Positions 9,977-19,799 of a DNA stretch of 64,000 nucleotides are shown here, piece by piece (the first letter of the stretch is position 1; each line of letters starts with the position of its first letter). The stretch is from the NCBI GenBank assembly GCA_964354285.1, contig CAYGYR010000001.1, forward strand, positions 262,424 to 326,423. Reading direction: 5' to 3'. The position numbers and the translations under genes are program-made. Below the pieces are notes generated by a model, which had not been told where the DNA came from, searched no databases, and saw only the letters and a list, made by a program, of their open reading frames with translations. The DNA comes from an uncultured Methanosarcinales archaeon (lineage in GTDB: Archaea > Nanobdellota > Nanobdellia > Woesearchaeales > ARS49).

Positions 9977-10468
9977 TTAGCCACAAATCTCAAGAGTCAG
10001 CTTTATCTCAAATCCAGGCCTTACAGGAACAGGATGGGTCTTTGCCTCTTTCTCGCCAGGGCAAGGGGAACCGAATTTTATCTGCTCAACATCATAAGCT
10101 CCCGCTATTGAGAAATAATAATCCTTGTTCCACCTGATAATGGTCCTGTCAAGCAGTATCTCAATCTGCGAGCTCACGTAATCACAGGAATTAATCCCGC
10201 TGCAGTCAGTCGCGCCGCTTGTCAGGGCACAGTCCTGCAACAAGTCCCGAACAGTCCTGCCATAGCAGTCTGTTGTTGTGCTGAGCATTGTGTTAAGGAA
10301 GTTAGCTGCAACAATGCTCTCCTTGACAGCAGCCTCTGGCTTGCCGGTTGGGGCTTTCAGCAAGAACTGGACTGCAAAAAGCATTCCAATAGCTATAAGA
10401 ATGATTATGACAACAAGGCCCATGATTTCCATCTGGGACTTATTCTTCTGCATAAACCTCAACCTCAA
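9977..10468 (-). CDS. Small exported protein with a pilin-like N-terminal hydrophobic segment, possibly a minor pilin or pseudopilin.
   Basis: ...KNKSQMEIMGLVVIIILIAIGMLFAV has a motif (E-x-MG then hydrophobic) paralogous to 10440..10934. It is the first of an operon-like array that all lies on the minus strand. Confidence 0.45.
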   Translation of the reverse strand: MRLRFMQKNKSQMEIMGLVVIIILIAIGMLFAVQFLLKAPTGKPEAAVKESIVAANFLNTMLSTTTDCYGRTVRDLLQDCALTSGATDCSGINSCDYVSSQIEILLDRTIIRWNKDYYFSIAGAYDVEQIKFGSPCPGEKEAKTHPVPVRPGFEIKLTLEICG

Positions 10469-10934
10469 TTATGCCAAAATCATACCTATTGCCAATCACA
10501 TCATAGAGAAGTATTGGGCTCTGCGTTGAAATCTTTGAACTGTACTTATCAGGAATGTTCCTGTAAAGCACAAGCGGATTTTCTTCTTGGGGATAGAGCT
10601 GAGTTATTATTACATTTGAAAACCCAAACAGGTTATAGTAATCAACAAGATAATCTTCCTGAGGGCTCAAGCCAAGGTGCGAGCTAAGGATTGAAAGCTT
10701 CTGCTTGTCAAAGCAATTGTCTTTCTGCACGCTTGCGAATGAGCAATCAAGCTCTGGCATGTGCAGTGCCTTCTGGACAACCTGTATTGCCCTCAGCTGG
10801 ACCTGCTTCTCAAGCTCTGTTTGCAAGGAACTTTTCTGGATCTGGAAATAAAACGATGCAGCTGCAACAAGGAGAAAGAAAAATACAACCAAGACACCCA
10901 TTGTCTCAAACATCTTTATCTGCGCCTTTCTCAT
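10440..10934 (-). CDS. Small exported protein with a pilin-like N-terminus.
   Basis: MRKAQIKMFETMGVLVVFFFLLVAAASFYF has a positively charged leader and a hydrophobic helix. It overlaps its neighbours. Confidence 0.45.
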   Translation of the reverse strand: MRKAQIKMFETMGVLVVFFFLLVAAASFYFQIQKSSLQTELEKQVQLRAIQVVQKALHMPELDCSFASVQKDNCFDKQKLSILSSHLGLSPQEDYLVDYYNLFGFSNVIITQLYPQEENPLVLYRNIPDKYSSKISTQSPILLYDVIGNRYDFGIIEVEVYAEE

Positions 10935-10935
10935 A

Positions 10936-11997
10936 TCAATAAATCTCCGGGCATGAGAGATAGATTATGTTCCTGTTCTCCCGCTCAAGAGCTTCTTTTT
11001 TTGCAACAAGCGCGTTTGCATCCTGTATTTTTTCATAAACCTGCGGAGCTTCTGAAATGATTTTTGCAGATTCTTTTATTGCCTCAAGGTCATCAAGCAG
11101 GTAGATGCATTCTGTCCTGTTCTGCTGCTGCATTGTCTCCTGCAGCTTCTGCGCCCTTTCATAAACAACCTGGGCAACGTGAGCAGTGCGCGCAAAAGCT
11201 GCCCTCATTCCGCACTCATACAGGATCTTATCAGAAGCAAACATTGCTGCGAATATAGAAGGCTCCCCGATAAATATTGAAAGGCTTTTTACAAACATGA
11301 GCTCGTTTTCTTCTTTCTCAAAAAAAGAGACTAGCTTTGCAGATGATTCTATTGATACTGCAGAAACTTTTTCTTTCCTGAAAGAATCATCAAGGCCCTC
11401 AAGAGCAGGCTCTGCATCACTTGAAACATCAAGGAAAACAAACTTTGTCTCCTGAAAGCCTTCTGAGCGCGCATCTTTTATCTTGCCAAGGCCATCAATT
11501 GAGGCAATGTTAAGGCCAGGAGGCAGCTCAGTGCTTATCTGCCTGTAAAGCTTTGCTGAATCCTGGATTGAGGAATCATAAACAAGATAATACTTTATGT
11601 TCGGATTGGTAAGATAAAGAAAATTAGTCACCCTGAAAGGCATCTTGAATTCCTGAGCCCAGGCAATCGCGTCCTGCCCTGAAATCAGGCTCGGCGCGAA
11701 TATAATTTTGTCACGGAACTCTGTTGCCTTTTTACCAATCAGGAAATTGCATTCACAAGCTTGAGAGCAGCTAAATGCAATGCTGGTCCTTGGCACTGGG
11801 AGGGGCTGGGCAGTGCCTTTGCTCTCAATAGCTCCAGAAAAGACTGCTTCCATGTCTGTTGCGAGGGTTATGGAAAGCTTATCCTCAGATAGAGTTCTCT
11901 GCTTTTGAACAAGAGAAAAAAAGAACGCAAGTATTATCGCTCCTGCTATCAAAATAAAGACCCAGTGAAACTGCATCTCAAAAGCTTTTTTATTCAT
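10936..11997 (-). CDS. N-terminally TM-anchored extracytoplasmic protein of 353 aa, function unknown.
   Basis: It has a single N-terminal TM (FHWVFILIAGAIILAFFFSLV). It overlaps the upstream gene by 4 nt. Confidence 0.45.
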   Translation of the reverse strand: MNKKAFEMQFHWVFILIAGAIILAFFFSLVQKQRTLSEDKLSITLATDMEAVFSGAIESKGTAQPLPVPRTSIAFSCSQACECNFLIGKKATEFRDKIIFAPSLISGQDAIAWAQEFKMPFRVTNFLYLTNPNIKYYLVYDSSIQDSAKLYRQISTELPPGLNIASIDGLGKIKDARSEGFQETKFVFLDVSSDAEPALEGLDDSFRKEKVSAVSIESSAKLVSFFEKEENELMFVKSLSIFIGEPSIFAAMFASDKILYECGMRAAFARTAHVAQVVYERAQKLQETMQQQNRTECIYLLDDLEAIKESAKIISEAPQVYEKIQDANALVAKKEALERENRNIIYLSCPEIY

Positions 11998-12491
11998 GTT
12001 TGCTCTTCAGCAGGCCATTCAGAAATCTTTGCTTTCTTGCCAAGGCCCTCAAGCTTCAGGACAATCTTGCCATAGCTTGCGCCAACACAGACATAACCGC
12101 CATCAACAGCTATGTCCTCAAGATAAATCGGGGCCTCCTGCTTGGGAACAAGGAAAACATTCTCGCTGCCAGCCTGCCAGGCAGAATACATCAAGGGCCT
12201 TGCCTGCTCAAGATCGCCTGGCTGATTTGCCTTGTCAGGATCCACAATACAAACCTCTGTGTACCTGTTCGGCAGCCTTAACTCTATTTTTTTCACACTG
12301 CCATAATCCCTTTTGATTACCTCAACAGCTGACTCAAAATCTGTCTTAAAGTCAATCAGGGCAACCTGCTCTGAGCGCTGGAGAAAATTTGAGATTGCAC
12401 GATAGCCATATATTAGTATAAGAAGAAATATGAGCGCGGCTAGAACAAAAATAAAAATCTGGCCAATCATCTGCGCTTTTGCTTTTCTCAT
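11994..12491 (-). CDS. Small exported protein with a pilin-like N-terminus.
   Basis: The N-terminus reads MRKAKAQMIGQIFIFVLAALIFLLILIYGY. It sits 1 nt downstream of the giant adhesin gene. Confidence 0.45.
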   Translation of the reverse strand: MRKAKAQMIGQIFIFVLAALIFLLILIYGYRAISNFLQRSEQVALIDFKTDFESAVEVIKRDYGSVKKIELRLPNRYTEVCIVDPDKANQPGDLEQARPLMYSAWQAGSENVFLVPKQEAPIYLEDIAVDGGYVCVGASYGKIVLKLEGLGKKAKISEWPAEEQT

Positions 12492-12492
12492 C

Positions 12493-15400
12493 TTATTTTC
12501 CTTTCTTTAATTTTTTAAGCCTTGATAGGGCATCTTCTGATGGATTTGCCTTTACATCCCTGAGCTTTGAGATAGCCTCTTCCTTTGGCACTCTATCGAC
12601 AAGTTTTGGCTTTTTCTTAAGCTCCCTTAGCTTTTCAAGAGAATCGCCTGGCTTCTCTATTCTTTTCTTGATTTCTTCAAGAGAAATGAACTCTTCTGGA
12701 GCCTCTTTTTTCCTGACAAGCTTTCTTAGAGGATTTATCTTCTCCATAGGCATGGGCTTTGGAGCAGCTGGCCTTGGCTTTATCTCTGGCTGGATTTCCT
12801 CTGGGGGGGCTTTCTGAAGCTTTTTCTTTATCTCTTCAATCCATTTCTCAAAATATCCTTTAGTGTAGCCATAATACGCGCCATAGCCTGCACCACCAAT
12901 CAGAGCAAGGATAAAAATTATTTTCAGGAAAGTCAAGAACATGGATGACGGATGGCTTGTTTTATCAAGAGGATTTGTGCCTGCATCAATCTCCTGCTTG
13001 TCTGACCAGCCGTCTTTATCACTATCCCTTTCTTTTGGATTTGTTCCTGCACGGTATTCTTCAATATTATTCAAGCCATCTTTGTCTGGGTCTGCATCAG
13101 GAGCGCCATCACCATCACAAAGCACGCTTCCAAAATGATTAATTCTCCAGGCATCATCAATCTCATCATCACAACTGAACAGGTCTGCCATGTTAAAGCC
13201 TTCTGCAGTCGGATCACGGCAGGTCTTGCCAGCGCATCGCAATTCAGACAGGCAGTCATCCGCCAGATTGCAATTCTGCCCGCTTGCACACCTATCTGGG
13301 CACGCGCCGCCGCAATCAATATCTGACTCAGAGCCGTCAAGCACCCCATTCTCGCAGGGGCCTGGAATTATGCACTGACCATACTTGCATTTGCTTGAAC
13401 CACAATCAGTATCAACTGCACAGGTCTTGTTAAGCTCGCATTTCGCGCAGCCCGAGCCACCGCAATCAACATCTGTCTCTTTTCCATTCCTGAAGCCATC
13501 ATCACAAGCAGCTGCTGCACAGGTTCCATTTGTGCAGAACATTGAGTCGCAATCAGTATTTTCCTTGCAGAGCTTGCCTGCTGCGCATCCTGCGCAGCTT
13601 CCTCCGCAGTCAATATCTGTCTCATTAAGGTCAGCCTCCCCATTAACACAGCCAGGGGGAGCTTTTGTTGCATCAACAGTTACCCCATCGCTGGCAACTG
13701 GCTCTCCCTCAAGGCCTGCAATATTGACTGGCTTGACCCTGAAAATATACCTTGTGCCGTCTGTGAGATTTGCCTGAACATAAATCGGGCTACCATTAAG
13801 CTCGAGGCTAGGGGTCCAGTTGACAAGAACATCGCGAGTGAAAGCAGCCTCAAGCATGTAATAATAGCTCACAACCCTTGACTCATTATCCCCTCCGAGG
13901 AATCTCAGTCTTAGCTTGTTTGAATACCAGGAGATATCTGGCTGGCCCGGAAGTGTTGAGCTGTCATCAACCAAAACCATGAACGGCGGCGTATTATCAA
14001 CAGCAACTGTGATTGCAGTTACATTGCTCACTGCACCGCCAGCACCTGTGTTGCATTTCACATAGAAAGTATGAGTCCCTGCTGGCTTTGAAACCTGCTG
14101 GACATGGCTCGTGCCAAATGAGCAGTTGCCAAAACAGTTAGTGATTGCCTGCGCGTCTTCACCGAAATAGCAGAATGATTTCTTGTTTGCCTCAATGCTC
14201 AGGAAGAAAATGCCATCACTTGAATACGGCGGAGTTATGCTTGTAATCTTGAAAGACTGCGTAAGGTCAACATAAAACTTAATCATAACGGTCGGTGAAG
14301 CCAATCCTGAAAGGCTCTTGCATGCGGCATAGAAAGTCTGATTGGTTGTCTGCGTGACATTGACATCAGTAGAGTGTGATTTTTTTGGGTCCTCATCAAA
14401 GCCAGGGAAGAATCCTTCCATTTCTGCAAAATTCTGCTTTGACTGGCTGTACTTGCAGAACCCTTCCTTGTTTGCCTGGACTTGCAGCCTCGTCATATAA
14501 ACAGATGTGTTTGGAGCAATGGGCTCAACTATGGGGTTTGGCTGGGCATATGATGAAACAATTAATGGAGGTATGGTATCAACATGAATGTCAAAGCTCT
14601 CTTTTGTTGTCCCAAACTTTTCTGTCTTGCAGTAAACATGCATCTTGTGCACAGAGCCATCACCAAAGGGAATCTTGTTAAAGCCAGCAAGCTTGTGCTC
14701 AATCCCGCCTGTTGAATCAAAGTTAGCAAAAGTATCAAACTGGTCTTCTGGCGGAGGTGTTGGAACATCATAGATATACTTGCAGCTTGCAGCAGAAGAT
14801 GTCTCAACAATCACATCAAATGTGTAGCCAGGCGCAATTCCCCAGCTCGGAGCCTTAAGCCTCATCTGCGGAGCAGCTGTGATTACAGAAAAAGATGACT
14901 TAACAAGAACCTGGTTAGATGCATAATCCGTTGCCTTGACATTAACAACCTTTAACCCTTCCCTCAAGTTAGAGACAGTGCCTGCAAAAGACCTGTTATC
15001 AGTGGTCTTGAGCCTTGCAGGAAGGTCCAGAGGGAATGCTTTCTTGGCAAGCTTGTCAACAAAAATTATTTCATCAAGGCTTGTGCTTCCTAAAAGAACT
15101 GGCTCGCTAAAATTAAGCGCGACTGCAACACTTGCTGTGGTGAATTCTGACGCATCTGGCGGAGAAATCACAACAGTAGGAGGTGTGGTGTCAACCTCAA
15201 GCACAAATGAAAGAGGATCCTCCATCTGAACAGTATTATTATCAACAGAGTTAAGCGAGAAAACATATTTTCCTTCTGACAATGGGGAGTTTGGCCTGAA
15301 GGTGTATTGATAATTTGCGCCAGATGCAGGGGATGAGGCAATCTGCACGCCAAGAGACTCTTTTGCAAGGCTGGAGGCAGTAAGCTGCGCAGGCTTGTTA

Positions 15401-17364
15401 AATGTGACTGTGATTATTGGCTGGAGCGAATTAGTGTAGTATGCATCACCAACTTTTCTTGCATTTGTCACAGCAACACTGAGCACTTTTGGGCCAGAGC
15501 ACTTGTCGCACGCAAGCAGATTAATGCTCTTGTTGATCACCTCAGGATTCTTGTACTTATCAACAGAATAATACTTGATTACGCTCGTGCCTGTCTGAAG
15601 CCTGCCAATCACCTGCTGGCCATCCTGCAAATTAAGGTCATTTATGTTAAGCTGCGTTGCATTTGTGGATATTGTAAATTGAGATGCTGCATTGCAAGCA
15701 GTTGTGCTTGAGACAATGCAGAGATATGTCTTGCACCCAAGCTGCCCCTGCACCTCTCTCGGAGATACATCCCTGCTTGGCTTGTCCTTGATAACTATGT
15801 TAATGAAATCATGCCTTCCTGGCTTAAGGCCTGTTGCATAAAGAATTGTTTCAGGCGGCAGGTAATCTCTCTCGCAGGCCTGTGGATTATCAGCGCCATA
15901 GCAGTCCTGCCAGCCAGCTCCTGTGCTTCCATCTGCATTCTTGACACAGCCTGTATCAGAAGAATACTGGCAAACCTTTACTCCGCACGGATCGCTGCTA
16001 AAAGTCCTTAGTGAATTATCAGGATTAAGTGCTATTCCTCCTGCTGGGCTGCTGCATTGCGCCTGAGTGTATAATGTGCAGTCAGCTGATTCGCAGCTCT
16101 TTCCAAACTTCTGGTTCTTGTCAAAAAAACAGGTCTTTGCAGGCGTTGAGAGAGCTGCTGCTTTTTCTTCTGTGCATGCATCAAAGACAGAGTTATAGCC
16201 TTCTTTGTTGTTTGCATTAGTTGTGAATGATGCTCCGCAGATATTACAAGAATCAAACCTGGTGTCATAACAAGTTCCTGCACCAAGCGCAGGGAAAACA
16301 TCTTTCCACGCGCACTGGCCAATGCCGCAATTGTCTCTCTCGCAAGAAGCCTTGGAGTGATAATCATAGCACTTCATCTGCGCGCTGCACTGGTAGCATT
16401 TATCAACAATAGATTTTGACCTATCAAGGAAGCAGTAATTTTTTGTGGCTGTGGCTGTGCCCTCGCAAGAGGCAAGATTTGGGAAAAGGCCTAACTGTCC
16501 GCCAAGATTGCAGGCAGATGGCTCTGCGCACCTTGCGGCTGTGCCGTCTGAAACACAAATCTTGCTTCCAGTGCATTCAGTTGCAGGAGATGGCCTTGCT
16601 ACTTTGTTTGCCTGGTTGCAGAACCATGCTTTTTCGAACAATGAATTAAAGGTGCTCCTGACAGAGTCGCTGAAGTTTGAGGTGAAAGCATCATCACTTG
16701 TCATCTTGTAACCATTTGCTTTCAAATAAAGGCTTATATCATCCTGGCTGTAAAAAAATCTTGAGATGCAGAAGATGCTTGTGCCCTGCTGCCCCCAGCA
16801 CTCAATATCACCAGGATTTGCTGTAAGAGATGCATTAAAAGAATCACCAGCAATATTATAATGCGCCATGATGCGATAAGTGTATGCCTGGTCCCAGAGC
16901 AAAGAAGGGGAGCTGTCAGTATATGTGTTAGTGGGGGCAATTCTTGCAATCTCTGTAAAATTCGCGCAAACAGCCCCTTTGCACCTGAAAATCTTCACAT
17001 AATCTGCAGGGCATGGCATATTAAAATCAAGCTTTATTGCCTTCTGGCCTTTGACAGGAGAGGCAACTGCGTTTGATGGGGCTGGCTTGTACCCAGGAGC
17101 GCCGCACTGCCCAACCGGAGCGGCTGGCGGAACAATACGCGTTGCATTGCACATCTGGTTGCAGGTTGTTGTGATATTCTGCGGCGGGCCAATAAACCTG
17201 TAGTTTTTTGCAGCACAGGAAGTATAGCTCTCAAAAGTTCCTGTGCCTGTAACAGGATCACAGCAGCAGCCCTGCTGAGCCTGAGCATAAACACTTATTG
17301 CTGCGACTATGATAAAGAACATTGCTGCCAGCAATAATGTTTTTTTATTCATTGTTCTTTGCAT
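12493..17364 (-). CDS. Giant cysteine-rich surface adhesin-like protein of 1623 aa, with a signal peptide, Ig-like repeats, three tandem Cys-rich modules, thrombospondin type-3-like Ca-binding motifs, a TM anchor and a K/E-rich cytoplasmic tail.
   Basis: The signal peptide is MNKKTLLLAAMFFIIVAAISVYAQA. Repeated D(T/N)(T/I)PP domain linkers are present. Three tandem modules of about 45 aa each read NGxETDxDCGGxCxxCxxGxxCxxxxDCxSxxCxxGxC, at aa 1239-1383. DADPDKDG and DSDKDGWSD motifs lie at aa 1420-1466. The TM at aa 1474-1500 is followed by a KE-rich tail of about 120 aa. Confidence 0.8.
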   Translation of the reverse strand: MQRTMNKKTLLLAAMFFIIVAAISVYAQAQQGCCCDPVTGTGTFESYTSCAAKNYRFIGPPQNITTTCNQMCNATRIVPPAAPVGQCGAPGYKPAPSNAVASPVKGQKAIKLDFNMPCPADYVKIFRCKGAVCANFTEIARIAPTNTYTDSSPSLLWDQAYTYRIMAHYNIAGDSFNASLTANPGDIECWGQQGTSIFCISRFFYSQDDISLYLKANGYKMTSDDAFTSNFSDSVRSTFNSLFEKAWFCNQANKVARPSPATECTGSKICVSDGTAARCAEPSACNLGGQLGLFPNLASCEGTATATKNYCFLDRSKSIVDKCYQCSAQMKCYDYHSKASCERDNCGIGQCAWKDVFPALGAGTCYDTRFDSCNICGASFTTNANNKEGYNSVFDACTEEKAAALSTPAKTCFFDKNQKFGKSCESADCTLYTQAQCSSPAGGIALNPDNSLRTFSSDPCGVKVCQYSSDTGCVKNADGSTGAGWQDCYGADNPQACERDYLPPETILYATGLKPGRHDFINIVIKDKPSRDVSPREVQGQLGCKTYLCIVSSTTACNAASQFTISTNATQLNINDLNLQDGQQVIGRLQTGTSVIKYYSVDKYKNPEVINKSINLLACDKCSGPKVLSVAVTNARKVGDAYYTNSLQPIITVTFNKPAQLTASSLAKESLGVQIASSPASGANYQYTFRPNSPLSEGKYVFSLNSVDNNTVQMEDPLSFVLEVDTTPPTVVISPPDASEFTTASVAVALNFSEPVLLGSTSLDEIIFVDKLAKKAFPLDLPARLKTTDNRSFAGTVSNLREGLKVVNVKATDYASNQVLVKSSFSVITAAPQMRLKAPSWGIAPGYTFDVIVETSSAASCKYIYDVPTPPPEDQFDTFANFDSTGGIEHKLAGFNKIPFGDGSVHKMHVYCKTEKFGTTKESFDIHVDTIPPLIVSSYAQPNPIVEPIAPNTSVYMTRLQVQANKEGFCKYSQSKQNFAEMEGFFPGFDEDPKKSHSTDVNVTQTTNQTFYAACKSLSGLASPTVMIKFYVDLTQSFKITSITPPYSSDGIFFLSIEANKKSFCYFGEDAQAITNCFGNCSFGTSHVQQVSKPAGTHTFYVKCNTGAGGAVSNVTAITVAVDNTPPFMVLVDDSSTLPGQPDISWYSNKLRLRFLGGDNESRVVSYYYMLEAAFTRDVLVNWTPSLELNGSPIYVQANLTDGTRYIFRVKPVNIAGLEGEPVASDGVTVDATKAPPGCVNGEADLNETDIDCGGSCAGCAAGKLCKENTDCDSMFCTNGTCAAAACDDGFRNGKETDVDCGGSGCAKCELNKTCAVDTDCGSSKCKYGQCIIPGPCENGVLDGSESDIDCGGACPDRCASGQNCNLADDCLSELRCAGKTCRDPTAEGFNMADLFSCDDEIDDAWRINHFGSVLCDGDGAPDADPDKDGLNNIEEYRAGTNPKERDSDKDGWSDKQEIDAGTNPLDKTSHPSSMFLTFLKIIFILALIGGAGYGAYYGYTKGYFEKWIEEIKKKLQKAPPEEIQPEIKPRPAAPKPMPMEKINPLRKLVRKKEAPEEFISLEEIKKRIEKPGDSLEKLRELKKKPKLVDRVPKEEAISKLRDVKANPSEDALSRLKKLKKGK

Positions 17365-18671
17365 GCAATTGGGATAAACCTTACAGTCTGATAATCTTTC
17401 AGCTCGCCATCGTCTGCAGTCACTTTTATTTTCAAGCCACCTGTTGCAGAGTCTGTGTTATAAGAAGCAACTGCCCATGTTGCCCAGTAATCAACATCAA
17501 TCTCGTCAGCGCTTGGATTAATTGCGTAAGTCACGTTATCATTATCTGGATCAGAGACATTGAACTTTAAAGGAAAGATTTGAGCAACAGGAATGGATTC
17601 ACGGGCTGCGGCAGAGACGACCTTTAGCGGGGCAAATGTAAGCTGACTTCCGCCAAAACGAACCACGTTTCCAATGCAGTACATGTACAGGTCTATCTTT
17701 GTCTGATTAACCCATTGCAGCGCAGGCGCCCTATTTTTTCGCGCAATCCTGAATTCATATGGCTTGCCCTTGAGCTTTGCTTTTGCATCCTGATATATGA
17801 TCACATCATCTTTTCCAAAAACATCTTTATTGATTGCAATAAAATAATCGCTTGTTGCCTGCGGCTCATAACTGATGTTTGTAATGTCGCTGTCAATGAT
17901 TTCTTTCACTGCATAATAGATTTGGCCAAACCTGATTGGATAGCTAACAACAAACTGGTTAAGTGTTGTCTGCGCCTGTGTTGCATATTCCTTGACTGTG
18001 ACAGACCAGTTGAGGACAAATGAGATGTATTCCTCAGCCTCGAGCTGCGTTGTGTTTTCTGCAATAATCATCTGGACAGATGGCTTTCCTGCATCAATGT
18101 TAAGCCCCTGCATTTCAAAAGTGCCCCAGTTAGCGCATTTAAGAACATTTGTTACAATGCTTTTTTCAAGCTGGTCTTGTATGGAGAGCGTCCCGCTAAT
18201 TTCCCTGTAAAGCGGGGGAAGCTTTGAAACACCAAAATACCCATAATCCTGCTTTCCTCCTGCAACATAAGGGAACATCTGCCAGGGGTATTCAGGAGGC
18301 TCTGAGAAAAAAATGCTTCCCACATTTCCTGTTGGGGGAACAATGTCATAAATAAGTTTCAGGCCATCATAATCAAGATGCACTTTGCCTTTAAAAACAG
18401 GCATGGGTTCTTGTATCATCCCGCCCTGGCTCTCATAAAGCACGCCCCCTTGCTTTCCAATAAGCTCCATTGACTGAGCGGCAGCAACATCAAGGCAGCT
18501 TGTTATGTAATCCTTGACTGGCTGGACAACAGTTGGTCTCAAGCTTTGCATCATGCCCTCTTCGCTTTTTTTCCCTGCTTTGGAAGAAAAGAGATAAATC
18601 ATCATGCCTATGCCTATCAAAAGTATTATTCCGATGATTATGAATATGGTTATTTGCGCTTTTCTTTTCAT
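17349..18671 (-). CDS. TM-anchored extracellular protein with a C-terminal cadherin-like Ca-binding domain.
   Basis: The N-terminus MKRKAQITIFIIIGIILLIGIGMMIYLF starts at an ATG that overlaps the upstream TGA in an ATGA pattern. A C-terminal motif reads ...NVSDPDNDNVTYAINP. Confidence 0.55.
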   Translation of the reverse strand: MKRKAQITIFIIIGIILLIGIGMMIYLFSSKAGKKSEEGMMQSLRPTVVQPVKDYITSCLDVAAAQSMELIGKQGGVLYESQGGMIQEPMPVFKGKVHLDYDGLKLIYDIVPPTGNVGSIFFSEPPEYPWQMFPYVAGGKQDYGYFGVSKLPPLYREISGTLSIQDQLEKSIVTNVLKCANWGTFEMQGLNIDAGKPSVQMIIAENTTQLEAEEYISFVLNWSVTVKEYATQAQTTLNQFVVSYPIRFGQIYYAVKEIIDSDITNISYEPQATSDYFIAINKDVFGKDDVIIYQDAKAKLKGKPYEFRIARKNRAPALQWVNQTKIDLYMYCIGNVVRFGGSQLTFAPLKVVSAAARESIPVAQIFPLKFNVSDPDNDNVTYAINPSADEIDVDYWATWAVASYNTDSATGGLKIKVTADDGELKDYQTVRFIPIACKEQ

Positions 18672-19777
18672 GGCCTTAGTTTTGATGTAAGGTCCTGCCA
18701 TGCATCAATGCCTCCCGTGCCTGGTGTTTTCTTGCCAATTAAAACAAAGTCATTTGCAGTTGGCTGGCTGTCGCAGTAAATGTCCATGTCAGATTCTGCA
18801 TACTGCTTGAATATGTTTGTGCATGAGCTGTTGCCAAAGGAATATCCCTGATATCTTACCCCGAAATAGCTGTGCCTCAGGTCAGTCTGCTCAACTTCCT
18901 CAAAGGCAAAAATCCTTTTAGTGCCTTTTTCTGCATAATAAAACCTGTTAAACAAGGGCATTATGCTGAAAAATGAGAAGTTGGCTGCAGTGCCATGAAG
19001 CCTTGCCATGACATAATTGCTTAAGACGTCAAAATTGGGCTTGATATAATTTAAGTGCAGGGATGCATAATTTATTCCAGGAAGCAAGTTGTCTATCGGA
19101 AGATAAATCACGCTTTTGATTGAGGGATTGTAAAAGAAGTCACTTGAGCCGCATCTTGTGAAATCAACTGCAGATGATGAAACACCATTGCAAATGCTTG
19201 GCGATGCATTCATTGCAAGAAGGAAGGAATTGCTCGCATCATTAACTGGAACATTCATGCTTGCACCGACAGACACTCTTCCTTGATATTCAAGAACGCA
19301 AACATTGTTGATGCACGGCCCTGACTGGTTAAAGCACCTGAACTCACTGAAAAAAGCACTGACTCTTCCTGCATTAACATTATAATCAACCTGAGGAAGC
19401 GCTTTATCAAAATTATCGCAGTAAAGGACAAAATTCCCAGGAGAGACCCTTCTCGCAAAGTTAATCATGGTCAGGGCAATCAGCTTTGTTCTTGATGCCC
19501 AAGCCCCGTTATCGCAGTAATAATCAAGAATGTATTGAGTGTTGTTTATGCACCTTGGCTTTTCACTTGCAAAATACTTGTCTGGCTGGCTGTCAGCTGA
19601 TGAATTAAAATCAGGCCCGACGCCAACAAGGCACTGTGATGCAAGAGGGCAGTAATTAAGGTAAAGCTTCTGCTTCATCTCATACTTAGGTGTTGTGGGA
19701 TACCACTGAGCCCCTGCATAGACAAAGCTGGCTGCAAGAATTGCTAACAAGATTAGCAAAACTATTTTCTTCAACAC
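18668..19777 (-). CDS. Secreted cysteine-rich protein with many N-glycosylation sequons.
   Basis: The signal peptide is MLKKIVLLILLAILAASFVYAGA. It has more than 20 Cys and many N-x-S/T sites. Confidence 0.55.
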   Translation of the reverse strand: MLKKIVLLILLAILAASFVYAGAQWYPTTPKYEMKQKLYLNYCPLASQCLVGVGPDFNSSADSQPDKYFASEKPRCINNTQYILDYYCDNGAWASRTKLIALTMINFARRVSPGNFVLYCDNFDKALPQVDYNVNAGRVSAFFSEFRCFNQSGPCINNVCVLEYQGRVSVGASMNVPVNDASNSFLLAMNASPSICNGVSSSAVDFTRCGSSDFFYNPSIKSVIYLPIDNLLPGINYASLHLNYIKPNFDVLSNYVMARLHGTAANFSFFSIMPLFNRFYYAEKGTKRIFAFEEVEQTDLRHSYFGVRYQGYSFGNSSCTNIFKQYAESDMDIYCDSQPTANDFVLIGKKTPGTGGIDAWQDLTSKLRP

Positions 19778-19799
19778 TTCACCTCTTTTTTTAATTTAA

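Noticed and set aside
12941-13777. Several plus-strand ORFs of 60-130 aa (12941..13138, 13135..13326, 13385..13777 and others) inside the giant adhesin gene.
   Set aside because: These are shadow ORFs antisense to a long, clearly coding minus-strand frame. Their Ser/Pro/Leu-rich, low-complexity translations carry no start context.
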